Shown one piece after another: positions 7,429-11,956 of a DNA stretch of 11,956 nucleotides (position 1 is the first letter of the stretch; each line of letters starts with the position of its first letter). A program made the position numbers and the translations under genes. The stretch is from Candidatus Thorarchaeota archaeon. Its GTDB lineage: Archaea > Asgardarchaeota > Thorarchaeia > Thorarchaeales > Thorarchaeaceae. The stretch is from positions 1 to 11,956 of the forward strand of contig SDNP01000052.1 in the NCBI GenBank assembly GCA_004524445.1, written 5' to 3'. The notes beneath the pieces were generated by a model. The model did no database searches. It had not been told where the DNA came from and saw only the letters and a program-made list of their open reading frames with translations.

Positions 7429-8271
7429 CTATCCCCTCATTGGAGACCCGATTGCGTAAATTCCGTCGGATAGGTGAACGGCATCTGGGGATACCCCTTT
7501 CACCATTCTCCAAGAATGACTCTGTTCATGGAACCCATGGTCTTCAAGAAGACGTACTGCATTCTCGTTATTCTCCAAGACTCCAAGCCGAATAGTGGTC
7601 GAACCCGCCTTTTCAGCAAAAGCAGGCAGCATTTCTTGAGCAAACCCAGGAGATTCCGACACGGCCCAAGGGGCCAGACGAACATGCCCATGGCGTCTAC
7701 TTCCCATCATGAACCCAACAAGCTCATTGTCGCCTTCACAGACCAGAGATAGGTCTGGATGCTTCTCGAGGCTTTTCTTCAGGAATAAGGACCTATCTCC
7801 ACCAAACAACTTCTGATCAAGAGAAAGCACCTGTTTCAGGAATTTTTCATCCATCTGATGCATCCGAGGTGAAGATTTTGGCTTGACAGTGCCAGCCAGC
7901 CTCAGCGACCGACAGACAATCTCGAAACCCAGGCGTTCATAGAGAGAAACAGCCTTGGAAACTGCATCGAGCATGACCACAGATGTTCCCCGTGATTGCA
8001 GATAGTGCATAGCAGACTCCATTAGACCAAAGCCTCTTCCTTCTCCACGGTATTCCGGTCTAACAATGAGGTTTCCCACAAACCCGAATGGCCCGTAGGA
8101 GATTGAACACACCATTCCCATTGGTTCAGAGCCTATCTCTGCAATGAAGCACCCATTTGGATTGAATAGCAGAAGCTCCTCGAAATCAGACCGAGTACTT
8201 GTCCAACCCTCGGCCATTGTCAAATCTAGTGCGAAATCGATATCACTGCTGAGCAGACTCCTGATGTTCAT
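7429..8271 (-). CDS. GNAT family N-acetyltransferase, two-domain (N-terminal GNAT plus C-terminal YitH/HolE-like GNAT fold)
   Basis: Acetyl-CoA motif A LIVRPEYRGEGRGFGLM and motif B AVSLYERLGFE; the second half contains LDQKLFGGDRS and NENAVRLLEDHGF; 280 aa. Confidence 0.9.
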   Translation of the reverse strand: MNIRSLLSSDIDFALDLTMAEGWTSTRSDFEELLLFNPNGCFIAEIGSEPMGMVCSISYGPFGFVGNLIVRPEYRGEGRGFGLMESAMHYLQSRGTSVVMLDAVSKAVSLYERLGFEIVCRSLRLAGTVKPKSSPRMHQMDEKFLKQVLSLDQKLFGGDRSLFLKKSLEKHPDLSLVCEGDNELVGFMMGSRRHGHVRLAPWAVSESPGFAQEMLPAFAEKAGSTTIRLGVLENNENAVRLLEDHGFHEQSHSWRMVKGVSPDAVHLSDGIYAIGSPMRG

Positions 8272-8461
8272 GCCTATTCAATCCGCATTCAAGCATTGTC
8301 TACCAGTTTTTCAGCCCTTTAATTATCCGCTCTAAGCATGAGCGCCATTTTCAGGAATTGTTTGGTGCTCCTTCCTTAAGAGCTAGTCTTCTCCTCCACT
8401 AACAAATCTTAATCCATGTGAAAACTCATTTCTGTGGTTCGAGTCACAGATTTAAAATCAC

Positions 8462-8507
8462 AAATGAAAGCCTTTATAATTCATAACAATAGTTAATTTA
8501 GTGAGGG
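8462..8507 (+). promoter_or_regulatory. Archaeal-type promoter (BRE plus TATA) and SD for the MFS gene
   Basis: Purine-rich AAATGAAAG, then TTTATAAT (8473-8480), then GTGAGGG at 8501-8507, 7 nt before TTG 8515. Confidence 0.6.
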
Positions 8508-8514
8508 TTTTATT

Positions 8515-9735
8515 TTGGCTCAATTAGAAGAAGCTTCAGCAGAGGCATCTGACGCGTCCAAAGAAGAAACCGAAGGAGTTTCTTGGACATCTCGTATGGT
8601 ATTGATAGTTCTGGCGAGTACTGCATTGGCTCCCTTGGGAGTTCCCTTCATTAGTCCAGCATTGCCAGTTATCCGCGATGTGTTCTCCGTCACGGATGCC
8701 ACAGCCAGTCTATTGGTAAGCGCATACTTCCTTGTTGGGATTTTATTCTCACCATTCATAGGAATTCTTGAAGATCGCTTCGGTCGGCGCCCGGTTCTAG
8801 GGTTCTCATTGATTACCTTTGGCGTCACAGGCGGTCTACTCATGCTCGTTCCCAGCTTTTGGATGATTCTTGCAATTCGTTTCATTCAGGGCACAGCTGC
8901 AGCAGGACTATTCATCTCCACCGTCACACTGATTGGTGATACATTTGATGGAGCTCAACGCAATTCTGTCCTAGGCATGAATAATGCGATTCTATCCATC
9001 ACAGCGGCAGCCTTTCCAATTCTAGGAGGAATTCTTGTGACAATATCCTGGAACACACCATTCCTCGTATATCTCGTTGCAGTTCCTATAGGTCTGGCAG
9101 CCTTGAAATATGTCGAAGAACCTGTGAATAATGTTACGGAAAATGACAAGCCAGGGATTAGAAAGACCATGGGTGTACTGGCCAATCGAGAGATGATAGT
9201 ACCTTACGGGTCTGCAATATTAGGTGAGATACTACTCTTTGGCGCAATATTGACTACTTTGCCATTCTATTTGAGTAGAGAATATGCCTTGGAGCCAGTT
9301 ACCATTGGCATTGCGGTTTCACTCACCAGTATTGCCTCGGCGATAGCAGCTATGGGAAATGGCAAGCTTGCTGAGGGGCTCTCAAATATTCGAATCATTG
9401 GATTCTCGTTTGTGTTATACGGGCTTGGACTGGCAGCATTTTGGTTGGCACCATCCTTAGAGTGGGTTATCATTAGTGCGGCTGTATTTGGTGCTGGAGT
9501 TGGTTTCACTCTACCAGCCATCGATTCACAAATCACTAATTGCATTCCTGAGGGCTTTCGTGGAGAGGCACTTAGCATCAGAAATAGTGCAACCTTCTTA
9601 GGACGAACTACTGGACCCATCCTTTTCACGGCAATTGCGCTGGTGATTGGATATCCACTGCTGCTAATTGGATCAGGATTGGTGGCACTGGCGATTGCTG
9701 CGGTCTTGTTTGTGATCCCACTGCTCAGCAAATAA
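8515..9735 (+). CDS. MFS transporter, 12-TM, DHA1/YfmO-like efflux type
   Basis: Motif A GILEDRFGRRPVL, motif B LAIRFIQGTAAAG, ISPALPVI in TM1 and GRTTGPILF in TM11; 406 aa and strongly hydrophobic. Confidence 0.93.
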   Translation: MAQLEEASAEASDASKEETEGVSWTSRMVLIVLASTALAPLGVPFISPALPVIRDVFSVTDATASLLVSAYFLVGILFSPFIGILEDRFGRRPVLGFSLITFGVTGGLLMLVPSFWMILAIRFIQGTAAAGLFISTVTLIGDTFDGAQRNSVLGMNNAILSITAAAFPILGGILVTISWNTPFLVYLVAVPIGLAALKYVEEPVNNVTENDKPGIRKTMGVLANREMIVPYGSAILGEILLFGAILTTLPFYLSREYALEPVTIGIAVSLTSIASAIAAMGNGKLAEGLSNIRIIGFSFVLYGLGLAAFWLAPSLEWVIISAAVFGAGVGFTLPAIDSQITNCIPEGFRGEALSIRNSATFLGRTTGPILFTAIALVIGYPLLLIGSGLVALAIAAVLFVIPLLSK

Positions 9736-9938
9736 GAAAATCAAATAGCTTCTCAGCATATGCCAGGGTATCACAAAAGGGCCGCATGTTTCATACTAGA
9801 TGGGCGGGTAATTCTAAGTCCCAGAGGCGGTTGGCGGTGCCTCCCGTTTGGGATAGTATACTAGGATGCACTTATTTTGTAAGCACTCGGCAAAACCAGT
9901 AGGTGGCGCTTTAGCTGCAAGAAAGAGCGGTAGTCATA

Positions 9939-10061
9939 ATGAGTGATGAGACCGAGTCTAAAACAGCAGTTGCACAGCCGTGGACTAGATCACAAGAAGA
10001 TATACTGGATGATCTTGAGGTAAAACCGGACCATGGTCTAGACCCGGAAGAAGTGGATTAA
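9939..10061 (+). pseudogene. 40-aa truncated N-terminal fragment (Cation_ATPase_N-like) of a second P-type ATPase
   Basis: MSDETESKTAVAQPWTRSQEDILDDLEVKPDHGLDPEEVD* matches the P2 ATPase N-terminal pattern W....e.vl..L.v....GL..EE and aligns with the downstream ATPase (HWYNKDVESVLDELDTPP-EGLSSEEA). It stops before the expected R...YG.NEL. Confidence 0.7.
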
Positions 10062-10171
10062 AGCCCCTTCCTTCTCCACGATATTCTGGTCTATACAATG
10101 CCATGCTGTTTTTCCCTACTCTGCATATTTCTCTTGTGGGATGTAAGTTATAACGGGTTCAAAACAGATAA

Positions 10172-10276
10172 ATGAACAAACAAGACCCCGATGATTTGTC
10201 GATTATCTTGATTGTTTTAGCCATGATTTCAACAATTACGAGTTTGTTATATCGATATCTCCTTATAGCTGAATAA
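10172..10276 (+). CDS. Putative 34-aa single-pass membrane micropeptide
   Basis: ATG...TAA gives MNKQDPDDLSIILIVLAMISTITSLLYRYLLIAE: a polar/acidic N-terminus, a ~19-aa hydrophobic helix and a YRY interface motif. TATA-like TTATAA at 10148-10153 could give a leaderless mRNA. Too short for the ORF track. Confidence 0.45.
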   Translation: MNKQDPDDLSIILIVLAMISTITSLLYRYLLIAE

Positions 10277-10285
10277 CTGCGAACT

Positions 10286-10299
10286 CCAAAAGGTATATC
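10286..10299 (+). promoter_or_regulatory. Possible BRE/TATA promoter of the P-type ATPase
   Basis: CCAAAAGGTATATC lies about 70 nt upstream of ATG 10365; GGAG SD at 10353-10356. Confidence 0.4.
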
Positions 10300-10364
10300 T
10301 TAGCGGCTAGTCCGCGACGGTTAACGCGCCATGCGTCTAACCTGTTGATGATGGAGACGATGAA

Positions 10365-11956
10365 ATGGAGAAAACCCATTGGTATAACAAAGATGTTGAA
10401 TCCGTTCTTGATGAACTCGATACCCCCCCTGAAGGTCTTTCTTCTGAAGAAGCAGAAGAAAGAATTCAGGAATATGGCTACAATGAACTTGTAGAAACTG
10501 AGAAGATATCTCCACTACGAATGTTTCTAGAGCAGTTTACAGACCCCATGGTCATAATTTTGCTCATAGCAATTGTAATATCCCTTATAGTTGCGATAGC
10601 CCCCGGCTCTCATGAAGAGGGGGGGATTATTGACGCCATTATGATCTCGATTATTGTTATCTTTAATTCGATTTTTGGCTTCGTTCAGGAATACCGGTCA
10701 GAACAGGCTCTCGAGGCCCTCAAGGATATGGCAGCTCCGAAAGCTATGGTCCTTCGTGATGGACTTTGGATAGAGATAGACTCTCGTGACGTTGTCCCTG
10801 GAGACATAATCAGTTTGGATCCTGGTGACATAGTCCCGGCTGATGCACGAGTCACTAACGCTGTTGGACTAACTGTGGATGAGGCTATCCTTACTGGTGA
10901 ATCAGTGCCAGTCAGGAAGGTTAGCGAACCACTCGATTTGGAGAATCCCGCGGTTGCCGATATTAGCAATTCAGTCTTCCAAGGGACTACCATCGCCGCA
11001 GGAAAGGGCAGAGCAGTCGTTACTGCAACCGGAATGAATACTCGATTCGGAGAAATTGCAGAGCTTGTCCAAGTGAGCGAAAAAGACATGACTCCCCTTC
11101 AGCATGACCTCGCAGATCTGGGTAAGAAATTGGGGGCAATCATTACTGTTCTTTGTATCATCATCTTCGCTGCTGAAGTGTCTCAAGGGATAGGAAATGT
11201 TATAGAAGCACTATTCGCCGCCATTGCTTTGGCAGTTTCTGCAATTCCAGAAGGGCTCCCTGCAGTTGTCACCATTACATTGGCGATTGGAGTACAGCGA
11301 ATGGTGCAGAAAAATGCAATTGTTCGTCGACTCCCTTCAGTTGAAACATTGGGTTCTACGACGGTGATCTGCTCAGATAAGACTGGTACCATTACCAAGA
11401 ATGAAATGACAGTTCAGTACCTTTACACCAATGGTTCGCGAATAAGAGTTACAGGGGTTGGGTACAATGATGAGGGCGATTTCTATATTGATGACGAAAA
11501 AATAGACCCCACAAACGACTTGCACATAAGGAAATTGCTGCTAATCAGTCAACTCTGCTCGAATGCGCTTCTACAGCCGGATCCATCTGGAGCTGCCAAG
11601 TGGTCCATAGTTGGAGACCCCACTGAGGGTGCTCTGCTTGTTGCAGCTGAAAAAGGTGGCTTGGAGTATTACGAAACTTGGGAAAAGTATGACGAAATCA
11701 CCGAGATATCCTTCAATTCTGCGCGGAAGAGAATGACCGCAGTATGTAAAGATGAGAATGGCGATGTCGCAGCATATTCAAAGGGCGCACCAGAGATCGT
11801 CCTATCGTTTTGCACACATATACTGGAGGATGGGGAAGTAAAACCCCTCAGTGATGCAAAGAGAGAGGAGTTGCTCACCATAAACGCAGACTTTGCCAGA
11901 AACGCCCTCCGTGTTCTGGCCATGGCATATCGCCCTCTTGACGAGAATATTCCAGA
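10365..11956 (+). CDS. Cation-transporting P-type ATPase, P2A (SERCA/PMR1-like Ca2+) family (3' partial, 530 aa in window)
   Basis: Stop-free frame from ATG 10365: MEKTHWYNKD...GLSSEEA...YGYNEL, QEYRSEQAL, VPGD...PAD, LTGES (TGES at 10893), AVSAIPEGLPAV in M4 (PEGL at 11247), CSDKTGTIT phosphorylation site (D at 11376), GDPTE, KGAPE (11781) and LRVLAMAYR. Absent from the ORF track because it runs off the end. Confidence 0.96.
   Translation, partial: MEKTHWYNKDVESVLDELDTPPEGLSSEEAEERIQEYGYNELVETEKISPLRMFLEQFTDPMVIILLIAIVISLIVAIAPGSHEEGGIIDAIMISIIVIFNSIFGFVQEYRSEQALEALKDMAAPKAMVLRDGLWIEIDSRDVVPGDIISLDPGDIVPADARVTNAVGLTVDEAILTGESVPVRKVSEPLDLENPAVADISNSVFQGTTIAAGKGRAVVTATGMNTRFGEIAELVQVSEKDMTPLQHDLADLGKKLGAIITVLCIIIFAAEVSQGIGNVIEALFAAIALAVSAIPEGLPAVVTITLAIGVQRMVQKNAIVRRLPSVETLGSTTVICSDKTGTITKNEMTVQYLYTNGSRIRVTGVGYNDEGDFYIDDEKIDPTNDLHIRKLLLISQLCSNALLQPDPSGAAKWSIVGDPTEGALLVAAEKGGLEYYETWEKYDEITEISFNSARKRMTAVCKDENGDVAAYSKGAPEIVLSFCTHILEDGEVKPLSDAKREELLTINADFARNALRVLAMAYRPLDENIP

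Noticed and set aside
8436-8445. GGTTCGAGTC as a tRNA T-arm or integration-site remnant
   Set aside because: The stem register does not give a 5-bp stem with a 7-nt T-loop, and there is no acceptor or anticodon arm, CCA or nearby integrase.
7474-9731. Small track ORFs overlapping the GNAT and MFS genes (e.g. 9267..9731 -, 8520..8885 -)
   Set aside because: Typical antisense or alternate-frame shadows of real genes.
9760-9864. 34-codon ORF MPGYHKRAACFILDGRVILSPRGGWRCLPFGIVY
   Set aside because: No SD, no motif and no TM character; an ORF of this length is expected by chance.
10423-10625. C7 (10423-10429) and G7 (10619-10625) runs in the ATPase as phase-variation tracts
   Set aside because: Short, in frame, and explained by Thr-Pro-Pro and Glu-Gly-Gly codons.
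10321-11923. Minus-strand track ORFs 10321..10515, 10685..11089, 10971..11186, 11183..11398 and 11669..11923
   Set aside because: Antisense shadows of the P-type ATPase, for example the MVMVPVLSEQIT mirror of ICSDKTGTIT.
1-11956. CRISPR arrays, rRNA/tRNA genes, transposases or terminal inverted repeats
   Set aside because: No regularly spaced DNA repeats, canonical RNA gene motifs or mobile-element ORFs were seen.

Overview
Archaeal-looking chromosomal window with GGAG(G) Shine-Dalgarno sites, TATA/BRE-like boxes and many N-X-S/T sequons in secreted proteins; the repeat and membrane-protein styles suggest Asgard archaea, probably Thorarchaeota (inference). The ORF track misses the two genes that run off the window edges: a secreted surface protein of at least 966 aa on the minus strand (<1..2900; signal peptide, 14 LVIVD repeats, FN3-like domain, ~87-aa Ig/cadherin-like repeats) and a P2A-type Ca2+-family P-type ATPase (10365..>11956). 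Between them are an NfsA-like nitroreductase, a membrane-anchored DUF3160 protein, a hypothetical multi-TM protein, a two-domain GNAT acetyltransferase and a DHA1-like MFS transporter. The most interesting part is the apparently intergenic 630 bp before the ATPase. It holds two unannotated small ORFs: a 40-aa fragment resembling the N-terminus of a second P-type ATPase (9939..10061) and a 34-aa single-TM micropeptide (10172..10276). The latter is a candidate sarcolipin/KdpF/MgtS-style pump regulator, or else a decayed ATPase TM1. No rRNA, tRNA, CRISPR array or mobile element could be supported.
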